63,936 bases of DNA, filler included, from Kipferlia bialata (GCA_003568945.1; 5 parts of 5 records of this genome joined end to end with filler, not necessarily neighbours in it), one strand, 5' to 3'; shown: positions 1 through 14,500, counted from the first letter of the whole stretch. Made by a program: numbers and translations. The notes: a model not told the origin generated them from the sequence alone.

Positions 1-3000
1 GGGGGAGGGCGTGTGTCGGGCGTGCTCTGCCTCGGAGTGCCGCAGCTGGGACAGGTTGATGTACACGGCCTGGGGTGACTGGGGGACATATATATATATA
101 TATAATACAGCACAGTATACAGGACACCACACACGACATATACAGCACACCCACCTGCAGCACTGGCACCGCTGCCATACATAGGACAGTGCCCCACACG
201 TCTGCCTTGCGCACTCTCACAGCCTCATACACGCGCATCGGGCTGTTCTCCTTGGCGGTATCGCGTAGAGTGGCGACAAGGGTAGTGATTCTAGAGATGA
301 GAGGCAGTATCTGACGAAAATAGCAACTTACACATCAGTACGTTCACTATATACACCTATAGTACAGCGTGTCCCTCACCTAACATCCTCGGACAGATAG
401 CCTGCCAGCTGCTGCGTGATACTCTGGGCTGAATAGGCTGCGGTTAGAGACATAGAGACTCACAGTGTGTACAATATAATGAAATGAGCACAAGGCCTCA
501 GTCGTGGCATCCCCCCACCTAGTATGTGCTTAAAGAGCACTGTCATGGGGCATAGTCTGTCTGTCTCCTCCTGAGACAGGGTCTTCCAGAGCATAGTCCC
601 ACTGGGAGCGGGGTCTGCTAGGGACTCGGACCGGGGGGAGGCGGGGAGGCCCAGGACAGAGAGAGAGGTGCGTCTCACAGAGGGGCTGTTGGGGACAGTG
701 TCTGGCAGGGAAGAGAGAGAGTCTACAGTGACATCATCATCTGCAGAGGGAGCGTCACTGTTGGAGGGGGTCTCTAGGGTATCGACATCGTCCCCGTCCT
801 CACTCCTCTCGGACTCTGACTCTGCTACAGAGGGCCCCCCTGTCTCCACACTGGACCAGAGCAGGGCGGAGACCAGGAGGGAGAAGAGGGTGAAGGAGAC
901 ATCGGAGTCACGCTCACCCATCTGAGAGTCAGAGGAGACAGGGAGAAGGATCGGTGACAGTGGAGTGATGTACAGCACTATATAGCAATATACCTGGTAG
1001 AGCTGGTGGGTGGGGATCTGGGGTCTGTAGTCTGAGTCCCCTACGGCACTGCGGGTGCCACTGTAGATGGATGGGAACGGGGTATCGGCAGAGGTGACGT
1101 CCTGGGATGAGAGGGGGAGGTAGGAGCACCACTGACTGACGGACACCTAGGAACCCTCACCTTGAGCACCCCCCAGTCCAGCAGGTCAAACCCACACAGG
1201 GAGGCAGACAGACCGAGGTACTTCTTGAGAGATGTGCCGGAACCAAACCGCAAAACAGGCACCCCTGATAGCAATAGATGGGCGGGCAGGGCATCGACTC
1301 TGGGGGTGAGAGGAAAGGGAGATAGAACAAGAGTAGACTTCATATAGAAATTGGGACTGACCACTGTACCTAAGGGATATGTTGGGGGCATGCTTGGTGA
1401 CCAGGGAGCCTATGTACTGCTTGAGGGTCTCGCGCATACCGTCAGAGAGCACCATGTGGCCATATGCAGCCTCGAGGTTGGACAGGTCCTGGGGTTAGGA
1501 GGACGGGTATAAGAGTGTCATGTAAAATAGATAGTGTAGTGCACCCACCCTCGTCCGCCTCTGCTCTGCGTATATGTTGCCGGCCAGGGTGTGCATGACT
1601 CTGATGATGTGGTCCGAGGCAGACACGATGAGGTGCAGGCTGTGGGGGGAGGGGTCGAGGGAGGGAGAGAGAGTCCTCATGAGGCCACAGGATAGTGCCT
1701 CCATCTCTGCAGCTGGCAGCTGATACCACTGGTGGGTGGCGGTGGACCGATACATGTCACCTCTACCCCCGTCAGTCTCTGCCCTATCACTGCCCAGGGC
1801 CCCTAGGCCACGGGGCAGCACCTGGGAGGGCGTACACGACGGAAGGGGCTCAGTGGTGTACCTGGAGAGATATGCAGACTCGCCCAGGTTGTATACCCCT
1901 CTAAAGTCGATGGGAGAGCCCTCTCTGAAGTACTCTCCACAGAGAATGAGGACAAGAGCCGTCTCGTCTCTCTGAATCCTCTTCTCTCGCTGAATGTCCA
2001 CATCCATTTGGGACAGGGAAGACGCGCTAGAGCGCCTTCTGTATGGAGCAGATTCATCAAGGATATGGTCCAGCACGGCATTGCACACGGCCATGCGAAG
2101 GTTGCACTCGCAGTACACGTCTCCCCATGGGAGGGTGCCTGCCTGCGCAGTCTCTGGAGACGCCTCTCCCTTGTTGGACTGGCTGTCACCCGTACTCCTG
2201 CGCTGGGGGGTAGTGTCCCCCTCTAGACCGATTATAGGCTGTGACAAGCGTGACACAATGTCATCCACCCCCTGCAGACTGTACTCAGCGTGTAGGAGGA
2301 TGGCAGAGAGAGACACAACAGCACAGTAGAGGGTGGCCGTGCTGCGTGCTCTCTCGTCTCTGTCCTCCTGCGTCATGGGGTCCCCCTTCCTCAGACGCCT
2401 GGCCTCTGCAGCTGTGGTCCTATCAATGTGTGACCCAGGTAGGGCCATGATGATATCCACGGCATTGGGCACCCCACTCAGCACATAGGCGTTGTAGGGG
2501 TCCCGACAGAGCAGGCGAAGCTTGAACAGGGTCTGAGACAGAAGTAAGGGACACGAAATACGGGGCAGCAGCCTCACGAGCAGATACACGACGCAGGGGA
2601 CTGAGATGCGAGGCACCGATATCCTCTCTCTCTCTGTGGCAGGCTGGGCCCTGAGCAGGTGGGCCAGGAAGGGAGGCGGGAGCAGTGCCTGCAGCGACTG
2701 GTGGACTGTGGCATCGCCCAGGTCAGAGGTGGGTGTGGTGTGTATGTGGGGCATGCCTGTGTCGCAGGAGAGGTGGAGCAGGGTGTCCACAAACAGCTCG
2801 AGGGGCCTGGCATCATAGTCCACTCGGGGCAGACCACTGACACTCTCGGCACACACAGTCCCCTCAGTGTTCTGGGCCCCTATCCTGTCTGCCGCCACAC
2901 ACTGCAGACCGACCTGGTAGAGGGCGCTGATCACTCCAATCTCCCCAGGACCCCCCACGAAGCTTTCACTGCTATTGTAGGCACGTAGGGAGTCCCTGAC

Positions 3001-6000
3001 CTCGACTACTGAGTCAAAGGCCTCTCCAGACGTCCATCGCTGTCTGTGCTCCTCGCCCACCTGCCGCACACGCATCCTCTCCTACTAGTGAGTGAAGACA
3101 TGGAAAGGAGTGTGATATACACATATATGTGTGCAGCATGTATGCGCCACCTCACAAGTCTGTACCTGCTTTAGTATGCCTCCGACACAGTGAAGCAGGA
3201 GGGTGCGATACACACGCAGCTGTCTGGGGTCGGACCAACCAGGGCCTGCGGGTGAGGGGAGGATTACATATATAGGATACAGCACATACAGGACAGCATA
3301 ACTAGGCGATGTATACTATAGAGGAACTCGGTACACACATGACCGTACCCACTGTGACGTCGTATGACTTCTGGTGGAGGGTGAGGGAGGGTGCCGCCAG
3401 GGTCTGGAGGAATAGGCCACAGATCACAGAGACAGCTGGGAGACCGGACAGCTCGGTCTGAGGGTGAGTATGTGGGTACTGAAGTGGCAGATCCATACAT
3501 GGTGCATACACAGTACATACCGGAGTTGCCATGACAGTCTCTGCCTCTGGCGGAGGGGCAGCAGACGAGTCATCCAGAGTAGGGATGAGACCCTCCAGGC
3601 CCCCGCACAGGACGTCTCTATCCCCACCTGTCTCTGGCCCTGCTGCCTCTGCAGCCTGTGCCATGGGGTCGAGGTCGAGGGAGGGCAGGGCATAGACGGA
3701 GGAGCAGAGACAGCCCATCAGGCTCTGGTTGGGGAGGTGGCCGGTCCTCAGCAGCTGAGACAGCACTGCAGTGTACTCACACCTGGCCACATAGTCGTCT
3801 GGGGTGTCAAAGACCAGGCCCAGGAGGCACCCTGCGGCATCCCTCCCGCTGGCCCCAGAGAAGGCCTCAGGGGGAAGGGCTGAGTAGGCAGAGGGTGAAG
3901 AGGGGGTGGATACCCACTCTAAGAGAGACGCCAGAAGAGCACGGCGGAAGGGGGTCAGTGCCGCTGGCCTGGGTCTCTGAGCAGTCCACCCAGTGGTGGG
4001 GGGGGCCTGGGGTGAGGGGTTATAAGGAACACAGTGCTGCCACACTATACACACACCACAGATACATACCTGTAGGACTGTCTTTGGGTACCCTCTCTGA
4101 GTGGGCTCATAGTACAGCACGAGGCTGGACACATCGAGCATGTCCACAAACCCAATGCTCTCCAGCAGGACCTCCTTGATATCCACCTTGGGAGAGAGAG
4201 AGAGCTGGAGGCGCGGGATGGTGATGTAGAGGTCTGCCACCTGCTTAAGTACATTCTGAGGGTAAGAAGGGGGCCGGCTTGTAGCTTGAGAGGACATTGT
4301 GTATAATACTACTGGGAAGTGTTTGACATAATAGACCCACCTCGCTAGTCCACAGCCAAGTAGCAGCATTGTACACGTGGGACCTCAGCAGTGACACAAC
4401 CAGTTCCCTAGGGCCCCTGGTCTTGACGCTGTTGACCATGTTGCTGGGGTGAGGGGAAGGGGTGTATGGTACTGCCAATGAGAGAGTGAGATGGTTGTTA
4501 CGCACCGCAGCACCGAGACGAAGGCCGCATCGACTGACTGGGGGGAAGTGCCCTCGAGGACGACGGAGGGAATCCTGAAGTGAGAACAAGAGCAGCAAGG
4601 TAGAGATTGATAGTGTAGAGACGCACCTGAATGAGAGAGCGGCCATGTCGTGTCTCAGACTGGCACTGTCCCGGAGTAGGCCGTTGAGCAGCTCATAGAA
4701 GCACACCACGAGGCCGGTGTCAGCACCGCTGGGGTCGGCTGAGAGGGCACCACCCGGGGGGGGCCTAGGGGGGAACGACAGCTGCTGAAGGAGGGGGAAC
4801 AGGGACTGTACTCCGCCGACACAGGTGAGCAGCTCTCTGATGGACCTGTTGGATAGGACACAGGTGCCTGGAAGGATGGAGCAGCCCTGGTTGAAACAGG
4901 CATGGGAGGTCGCCTCTGGGGTAAGGTCCGGGAGTGTATAGCGAGAACTGAAGGAATATGGATATAGTTGAGCCTATCCCCCCACCTGGTCCCACTGCGA
5001 CTGCGTGTACATGGTTGGTGCCATCCTCCGTGGCCTCTGGGTATAGGGCCAGGACCACGTGCCTCTGCAGGTCCAGCATCACCCTGTCCCCAGGTGACCC
5101 TGTCTGGGTGGGGTCAGACGATTCAGACGACGCGGCTAGGGGGTTGTCGGTCTCTGTCAGCGCCCCCCTGCCCTGTGACCTCAGTAGGAAGAGGGACAGA
5201 CCCACCGCAGCCGTGTCCCTCATCAGAATGGCCTGGGGTGAGGGATAGCCATATACACAACAGTATATAGAGATATTATGGCAGACATATCCCACCTGGT
5301 CCTGTTTGGATGGTCCATCTAGCAGCACAATACCAGTGGCCTGGCAGATGAGACCCGAGGACCGTAGCAGACGGCTCTCTCTGAAGGTAAGATAGACTGG
5401 AGATAACCCATCAGGGACACATTCACAATACAACACCCCACCCATCCACACCTGTGCTGCACGTGGTCGACCACCCTGTTGGTACCGATGGTGAGGAGGA
5501 GGGTGTCGTCTATGTCTAGGGAGTCCATGGGGTAGAACGCACTCTCAGAGGCCACCTGCTTCCCGTTCACATAGACAACGACGTCAGCCTGGCGTCAGTA
5601 TTCCCTATAAGGTATAATGTGTATTGTATAGGGAATGTCCCACTACCTGCCCCTTCCCGGTGGCCTTGATGCTGACACCGAGGTGCCTCCAGATACCAAC
5701 AGACCACTCGTGGCCGGACCGAGCGTCTAATAGGACGGTCAGCTCCTCCCGCACCGGCCTCTTGAGGTTGCCTCCTAGTCTCATGCCCACAGACCGCATC
5801 ACAAGGCTGCCGTTCTCATCGAGGTACACCTCCACCCCTAGGCCGTCCTTGGTCAGCAGGGACATGACACGGGGCTTGTAGAGGGGGCGGCCGAGGGGGT
5901 CAAGCAGGGAGCTCACCCTGACCCACAGGAAGAGAGACAGGCCATGGGCAAATACAGACACGGGGGTGGGGGCATTAGCCTTGGGTGAGGAATGGGAGAT

Positions 6001-9000
6001 ACAAGTGGAAGCATCTGATGGTAGTACCCACCTGGATTCCACTCTGCTTGCCGTCTAGATCGAAGCAGGACCTAGGTCCGGCCTCACGAGACATCCTCTG
6101 GAGGGCCCTGAGGTGAATAATGGGGAGGTGTTATGGGAAGGGATAGAGAGAGAGTGTGTTTGGGAGTATGGTTGTGGTTGTTACCTCAGGATTAAAGGCA
6201 TATGGGGGGACCGGTACCCATCATCCTCTACCCTCAGGAGCTTCAGGACACGCTTCAACTCATGGACACTGTGTACACCTAGGGTCAATGGGAGCTATGA
6301 ATGACAGTACCATAGGCACCATGCACATACCTACGATAGATGCTAGGTATCCCAGCTGCCTAATGAGTAGGGTGGGCTGGTTACGGGTACCCCCATTAGC
6401 AGTCACAGCTCTGTCATCTGCCTCTAGAGACCACCTCTCGCCAAACATACCACAGACAGCAGTGTCAACAAGACCCTGTGCGTCAGAGAGTATCAACCTA
6501 TCGGGGATGATGATGTGTGTACCATATGTATTCATACAACTATTCTAACCTGCTGTGCATTGGGGTCCACATAGAACAGGGTGGTGGTGAAGGTATCCCC
6601 GCGCTCACCAACACGGATGTTGGCACGGTCCCTAGGGTGAGGGGAGTCAGGAACACACTAAGTATAGCACCTCACACAGTACATACCCATCTACGAGGCT
6701 GGACACCGCTGCCATACTGATTGCACCAACGTTGCCCTCCATACCGGTGCCGTCCCCTGCCGCTGACTGAATGGAGTGGTATCCACCCAGCTCAACGTCC
6801 ATGGGGTTGCTAGGGGTTAGGACTATACTATACAGGAGGATATGCAGAGTAGGATAGGACCCAGACTGGGCTACACGTACCGATACTTGACTGCATTCAC
6901 CACCACCACAGGCTCTGTGAATGGCTGCGTGTCTGGCGAGCTAGACAGCACAGAGAAGGAGGCCGTGCTGCGGGGTGACCTACTGACAGCACTGGTCTGA
7001 TCATCCTCCTGGGAGCTCTCCTCTGTCTCAGAGTCCTCTCCATCATTGGAAGGGGTACCTGTCCCCTCGGGGTCCTCCTCACTGTACCTAACGGCATCGA
7101 TGTCATTGATGGCCGCAAGGATCAGCATGAGAGTGCCCTCCTTAGAGCACAGAGACCTGTTGGAGACAGATATCTCGACGAGGGACTCCAGACAGTCTGG
7201 GGTAAGGGAAGACAGTAAATGAAGAGAGAGGGAGAGAGAATGAGAGGAACCGGACACAGACTACAGACGACTCATGATGCCGTACCCAGGATGAGGTGCT
7301 GTACAAAGGGGGCACAGGCTGGGTGTCTGAACACTGCAAAGAGAGACCCCAGGATGCAGGGTGTCCTGATGCGCTGGTAGCCGGACATCGTGAACTTGTC
7401 CTCCACCAGGATGTTGAGCAACAGCTGCACGTGGGACACGAGGACAGAGCCCACGACAGCGCCCTCACTCCCTGCCAGTCTCACCCTCTCCCTCTCGCCA
7501 CTCTTGGCCAGCAGCTCTGCCACATCAGTAGGGACAAAGGCACGCCGCAGGGCACTCTTGCTCTGGGGGTTGCCTGCCACGAGGTGCCTGACCACGGTGA
7601 AGAGGGCCGATGTGAGCGTGGCACTCTCTGTCACCTGCACCGTTGTCCACAGCTTGATGAAGAAGGAGTGGGACCGCAGGGTGTCCTGGAACAGCCTCAC
7701 AGACGTGTCCCTCATACCCGTGTCCACCCTGCCCCCATTCACGTTGAGAACCACTGTGTTGGAGCCATCCAGCACCTGGCACAGTATCTCTATCAGGGCA
7801 CAGGCAACACCAGGGCTCTCCCCTAGAGTGAGTCAGACATAAAGTGTTGGGGGTCAGGACAACTGTTTGGTTATATATATACCAACCTGCGTTGCGCTGG
7901 ATGCGGTCGATGATGCCAGCTGCGAGCATCCCCAGCCTATTCTCGGCAGCCTCCATCACCCGTGCCTCCTCGTTACGCTGCTTGAGAGAGAGGGGGCGCC
8001 CCTCCCCCAGGGACGAGGGAGAGACGCTGCCCCCCAGCAGGGAGGTGACCACATTGTTCATGGAGGGCTCCACTGGGGGGGCCTGCGTCAGGGACACGAC
8101 GGCGTGGCAGGCTGGGGTCAGGATGGAGGGATCACGTAGAGTACTGGGATTCTATGGCATATCCCTACCTGTCAGGATGACGCGGCCCAGAAGGGTGACA
8201 GCCCACTTTCTCAGAGAGACGTCGGTCAGCAGGCCGAATACGATATCCAGAGCAGTTCTGCAATGTTAGGGGAGGTATGAATGATACTACCACAGTGAAT
8301 CACTCATCCTGTACCTGTCGTCCAGCAGCCGAGTGAGTCCCTCCTCCCCATCCACTATGATGTCTATCACGCTCAGGACCTCGTGCCTGGCTAGCTGCAC
8401 CAGGTGGTACCCAGGCTGGCCGGGCTGGACCTGTGGGTGAGAGAGGACACAGGATGTATATAATACAAAGTCAAACACTGACAAAAGCATATGACAATAC
8501 ACCCCCACCTGCTGATGGATGAGCTGGACCTGGTCTAGCAGTCTGAATAGTACTACCAGGGCATCTAGCTGGAGGAGGGTGTCTCTCACCCTCTCATGCC
8601 GCCCTGCTGCCATCTCACACAGGGTGGAGCAGCAGTTGATGACAGACCCCAGCCTACAAGTGAGATATATACCAGAGATAGAACACTCTACATCCATTAT
8701 ATATACAAATATATACACAAAAACAGAACAGAACCCCCCACCTGTTTGGGACCGTGTTGATGACGACCAGGAGTGCCTCGACCACATCTGACACACAGGA
8801 GGTGGAGGGTAGGGATCCAGCGAAGGAGAGGAGCTCCAGCACACCCTGGCGGAGAGAGGCGGCACTGTCTGTCTGGGAGGGCGGCCTGACCCTTCTGATG
8901 GGGACCTGACTGCTGAAGGCTAGGATGTTGGGGTCAGGGACACGGGGCCAGTCCTCGGCAGAGATGTCTGTCTGGTACTCGACACTGTCTAGTAGGGATG

Positions 9001-12000
9001 CCATCATACTCTGCACGTCCTTCCAGTCTCTCTCTCTCTCTCTGTCCCTGCCTCTCTCAGGCTCCCCCTCCCCCAGTGGCATCCCGGGCATGGTCTCTAC
9101 AGCCCCTCCCCTGTCTCTGTCTGGGTTGTATGAGGTGGACCCCTCTGTCGGGAATGAGTTGTCGATGCTGAGGGTGTCTGGGTCACTGTCCTCTCTGTCG
9201 GTACGGCCTGGCCCAGTCGAGTCATCGGGGGTGGCCACAAACCACAGCTCACTAGGGTTGGGGTGTGGTTGTAGAGAGATCAAGTTATGAAACTATACTC
9301 GGCACATAGAAGTACACGACCAGATAAGCAGCCATACCTGCTGTACTGCGAGGGATTGCTCTCTCCCCAGAAGTAAAAGCTGCCGCTAAGGAGGGCACCC
9401 AGGACACCGCAGCTGCTGAGGATAGTGCTCTCTCCCTGCGGGTTAGGGATACAAAGAGACCTCTTTACCAAGGACTGTAATTACTCTCTTGTCAAGTATA
9501 CCTTTGGTGTCTCGATCACATAGCACGTAACCATGTCCAGCAATAGCTGCTGGATAGAGGTACCAGACCTGCCGGGTTAGAGGGCGCGCAACAAAAGAGT
9601 ATATATCAGTACATTGCAAAATGAAGCAGTGTCCTCACCCCATCTTGTGTCTGATCAGCGCTCTCTGTGCCTCTCTCTCCCCCTCTGTGAACCTGCCGCT
9701 GAGGGGGTCCGAGTCAGAGGCCGCTCCCACATACAGCGAAGTGGAGTCCCTAGGAGTCAGTACATGGGGGACACAAATGGTTTCTGCATCAAGTGAGAGT
9801 AGTGTAATGTGTTCAGCCCCACCTCTTGGTGTCCCTCTTACCCCTCTTGCCAGTGTTGGATGGGGGCGGGGCTCCCAGTAGGGCCCCCAGCATAGTGTCC
9901 AGTATCTGTCTGTGTGCACTCTCCGTGGTGACAGGCACCCTGTGCAGAAGGTGCAGGGGGACAGTCAGGTGGGAGGAGGTCCTGGGGTGAACTAAGCGGG
10001 GCCTAGATAATCGGGGAAAATGTATAATACACGCCATTACCTGTCTAGGTAGCTGGATATGAAGTCTCCGAACACGAACGAGAGGGGTGATGCGTTGGAA
10101 GACCCTATCCCGTGGGACTGGGGTTAGGAAGACGTATACTGCTCAACAATGAGGACATGGTGTTGAATGGTATATACTACACGCCCGTACCTTCTGGACC
10201 GATCTGAAGAGGTCTGGGGTAAACGCCTCTGCAGCAGCCAGAGAGGGGATGGGGGAGTGCAGAGCTGGGTGGTGCACAAGCCTGTCCTCCACATAGAGGG
10301 GGACGCCAAAGTGCCTGGGGTGAGTATTGTCTGTGTGTGATCATAACGTTGATGTAAATATTAATTTACCTGTTAGCAACCAGGGGAGACGTGATGGGCA
10401 CCAAGAGAGACTCTGGGGTCTCAGCCTCTCCCTCTCGACTGGCAGGGCGTCTACGTCCCTCTGCTGAGGATCCTCTCTCTCTCTCCCTCTCTCTGTCAGA
10501 GGGTGACGCATAGGAGGGAAGACCGTCTCCAGAACTGCTCCTAGGATTAGATATGTCTAAGAGGGGACACGTCGAGATACTAATGGATCAACTGAGACAA
10601 TTACATGGGCATTGCCGACGCACCCGAACCCGTGCTGGCCCCTGCGGCCCCCGAACCTGAGTTCGAAGGTGTCTCTCTTGTGGACCGTGTGTGCACTAGA
10701 GTGGTACGGGTTGGCAGGCCGGGGCACAGCAAGGGTCATCAGCAGGGCTAGACAAGTGGCCACAATGGTGGCAGACTCGGGGGAGTGCCGGGAGGGCAGC
10801 GGAGGGGGGGAGGTCTGGGGGTCGTAGGTCACGTAGTCCCTTGCTGTGTACTCGCTCTCCCCTCCTGCGTCTCCTTCGCCTGACTCCTTGGCCTAGAGGT
10901 GAGGCCACACGTATTAGAAAGACTGGTATATCCATACACACAGTGTCTGACCTGAGCCCTCATGAGAGACGCCATGTTGGTGTAGGAGTTGCCCAGGGAT
11001 GTATAGTCCAGCCACTGGTTTGGGTACATACACGCTAGGATGTCCTGGGGTAAACGCATTCAATGCGGCTGACAAGTAGCAATAGAACATATAACAGTAA
11101 TGTAAATTCCACAAAGACTCACCTGACATGCTGTAGGTAGGAGGACGACGTCTTCCAACGTCTCTCCCAACCGGAGTCTGGGGAAGTCCCTCTGCCTCTG
11201 GCGCTCCCTGACCACAAGGCTACCCCCTACACAGACATCCTGTGGTGGGGCAGACTCATCCCCGTCCCCTGTGTCCTCACACACACCGACAGTCACAGCA
11301 TCGGACAGCAGCTGGAGGAACCGAGGGGTCAGGAGGGTCTCTCTGAGATTAGATGAGTCAAGCAGAGTAAAGTGAGACATATAGGATAGCACACACACCT
11401 AGGGTCAGGCAGGCCCCCCTCTGTGCCTAGCTCTATAGGCACGAGGGGCGGCATGGAGGGGGAGGAGCACCCGATATACAGGATCCTGGTGATGTCTATG
11501 AGCATGGCAGACAGAGCCAGGAAGGGACCAGTGGGTAGGCCGCACCGGCCTTGCAGCATAGCAAGAGTATCCATCTCCGGCTCCCCACCCATGGCACCCA
11601 GAGGACCAGACGCAGGGGGCGCACTAGTAGAGCGTGTATGCACATGCTGGAAGAGCCTGTCTAGGATGGAGGCAGTGTACACATCATACTTGGCAGACCG
11701 CGACCCTGCCCTCCTCTCCCTAGCATGGGAGCCTCGGCGCCTCTCAGAGGGGCTTTTGGTGGCAGTCGGCTCGATATATGCCCTCTCATTGTGCCGAGAC
11801 TTGAGAGTCCTGGGTTAAGAGTATGGAAGAGGTTGTATAGGGTAACAAGACACATACCGGGGATGGAGGCTGAGCAGCATACTGACTGGGTCCAGGGTAC
11901 CGTATGCACCCACTATACAGAAGCAGAGGGGCACACACATGAGTCCAGATGCCTCACTGGAGTCCGATGAGGATGGAACGTGGTGGTAGTACTCGTCTAG

Positions 12001-13546
12001 TACATCTCTCACTGGGGTGAGGGAGCAGGGCAGGAAGAGTGACAACTACCCCCACTGACTAACTGACCTAGAGTGCTGACAGTACGCATCAGTGAGGAGT
12101 GTGTGCCAGTTGACATCTGGGAGAGAGCGTCCTTTCTCTTTAGGGTCATAACCAGGGCTTCTGACTCGGCCTCACGCTCTCTCTTCGTGTCCCTCTCCCT
12201 TTCCTGAAGGGTCTCTGGCACACTCATACCCTCCCTGCTGGTCAGAGTGGGTGAGTGAGGTTGAGCAGGATAGAGTGTGTGAGTCGCATACCTGCTTGAG
12301 AACAGCCGGGAAGGGTGCGACACGGGGGCCTCCCCACACAACGGATCTCTAAGGGGGGACACACCATATACCGGCTCGTTACTACAGGTAGGGAGCAGGG
12401 AGAGAAGGGCGGCCTCCCCAGATGCTGCGGCAGCAGGGGGGGGACGCGACACCTTGGAGTGATCTCCAGCAACCAGATGGAAGCTCGTGAGGCGAGACAG
12501 AGTGGACGCGGCCGGGCCGGGGGTCCTCTCCTCATTGTCTCCGTCAGAGCCATCGCCATCACCCTCAGCCTCTCCCTCTCCCTCTCCCTCGGTCTCAGAG
12601 AGAGCCCCCCCTTCCATGTCTTCAAAGGCCTCAAAGGAGGCTGAGTGGGGAAAACGGTCCCCGAAGAGCATGCTACGCACTGATCTGATGTACGTGTTGC
12701 TGAGGTCACCTGGACAGTAAGGTAGAACACAGAGACAATACACACCTGTGTAATGACCACCAATTCCACACTGAAGCTTACCTCTCATTGTGAGGAACAG
12801 AGGCATGTGAGGGTAAGGGGCTGTGGGTGTGTTACTACGAGATCCCGGGCCAGCCGAATCCTTCATACGCTGCTGCATTCTAGAGTGAGGATAGGCGCCA
12901 GAAGGGGGGGGGGGGTACTGATAGCTCACCTGAATATGGGCCAGGGGGATGGAGACGACATCCAGGTGAAGGTGCGGTCTGTCAGCTGTAGCAGGATGTA
13001 CAGAAACTCCTTCCGGAGAGGGGCCAGCACAGAGAAGACCTTCCGGCCCCTGGAATTAGCTGCAAGTACAGGAACTAGAAACCAAAGCATAGGATAATAT
13101 GATACCTATTGGCGGCAGAGATACACCACAGGTTGGATATGTGGCAGATGCCGAGGAAATCATCGGTCAGCTCCACCTCGGGCCCCCTCAGGTACCAGTT
13201 GCAGACAGGTGACCTGGGGTGGGGGAGAGGGGTGGGAGCTAAGAAGATATCACTTGGCATCTGATACATAACAGACCAGCTCTCTCAGAAGACATGGGGT
13301 GTATAGGGCACATGTCATAGGGCATCTACCTCGTGATCACTGCAAGCACTGACACCACGGCAACAAAGTATCGGAAGCCTCGGCTGGCAGCTGAAGTTAG
13401 TGGGAGATATCACATACACAGGGCACGAAAGAGAGAAGCGAACTACCAAGGGTGGAGAGTGGGCACATACCAAGGATGGTCGGGTTATCCCCGTTGTGCA
13501 CACAGGACTGGGCAAGTTCAAAGGACTCCTGGTCATCAGAAGCCAT
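1..13546 (-). CDS. Very large multi-exon BEACH-family (neurobeachin/LRBA/NBEAL-like) protein, N-terminal and central part; continues beyond position 1
   Basis: First exons splice in frame from ATG 13546 (MASDDQESFEL...ITR|SPVCNWYL). ConA/LamG-like segment at ~6040-5450 (WRHLGVSI...ADVVVYVNGKQVASESAFYP) is followed by SIRELLTCVGGVQSLFPLLQQL (~4845-4780), resembling the NBEA/NBEAL 'IGGIQVLFPL' motif. The BEACH domain itself is not in the window, and not every junction was verified. Confidence 0.7.
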
Positions 13547-13739
13547 TGTCACAGAGAATCGGGGGAGGGGGGGGGGGGGGGGGGGAAAAACAAAAAAACA
13601 ACGCNNNNNNNNNNNNNNNNNNNNNNNNNNNNNNNNNNNNNNNNNNNNNNNNNNNNNNNNNNNNNNNNNNNNNNNNNNNNNNNNNNNNNNNNNNNNNNNN
13701 NNNNNNNNNNNNNNNNNNNNNNNNNNNNNNNNNGGTGTC

Positions 13740-13778
<39 letters not shown>

Positions 13779-13786
13779 GCTCCCAC

Positions 13787-14500
13787 CTGTGATGGCGCCT
13801 CTGATCTTGATGGCAAGGTCAGACTCAGTCCACCTGGGGGAGTTGTCGGCAAAGATACCAACCCTGGGGGTGAGAATATAAATAGAACACTTGGGATAGA
13901 AGACGAGTTGGAGCAATATGAAGCAAAGCCGCAAAACAGACGCACCTGTCGCCGATGGCCACGCCCACGTTGTCGAGGACCTTGGAGATCTCGTCGACCT
14001 CAATACCCATCTGGGTGTAGCTCCTCCACTGGTAGTCGGGGGCGAACTCGCCGTCCTCCTGCACGGGCCTCTCTCCCAGGGCCATGGCGTCGCCGTAGTT
14101 GTCGACGGCCATGCGGAACATGCTCCCGATGGTGGCATTCTTGTAGTCCCAGTCTGGGGTGAGGAAGCGTGGTGGGAAAATGGGTGTAGGTGGTCCCTAA
14201 TCAATGCAATCAAGGGTCATGGATGAGACGTCATCGCCCAGTTACCCGAAAATAGAATCACTACCAAAAGGTCGCCCTAAAAGCCAAAATCTCTTCGTAG
14301 TATAAGTGAGGGGTGATATCATAAGCGAAAAGACTCGAGGAAAGGTGAATGCGCGAAGAATACAGGAGGTAGATGCACATCGAAACTCGAGAACTAACAA
14401 AATCAGCAAACGTACTCTCTAGGACAGGGTGAGTAGCGTCAGCGAGCGCCTTCTCGGCATCGGTAGGCTGAGGGACCCTAATAAACGTAGTGTGGCTCAT
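13787..14500 (-). CDS. Long-chain acyl-CoA synthetase (AMP-binding), 5' three exons only; remainder lost at poly-G/N gap
   Basis: Exons 14500-14416, 14153-13946 and 13863-13787 join in frame to ...YQWRSYTQMGIEVDEISKVLDNVGVAIGDRVGIFADNSPRWTESDLAIKIRGAIT, a typical ACSL N-terminus. Confidence 0.8.

Noticed and set aside
5590..5610. In-frame TGA (selenocysteine or recoded stop) before ADVVVYVNG
   Set aside because: The TGA is part of the intron branch point TACTGACGCCAG; the exon starts after it
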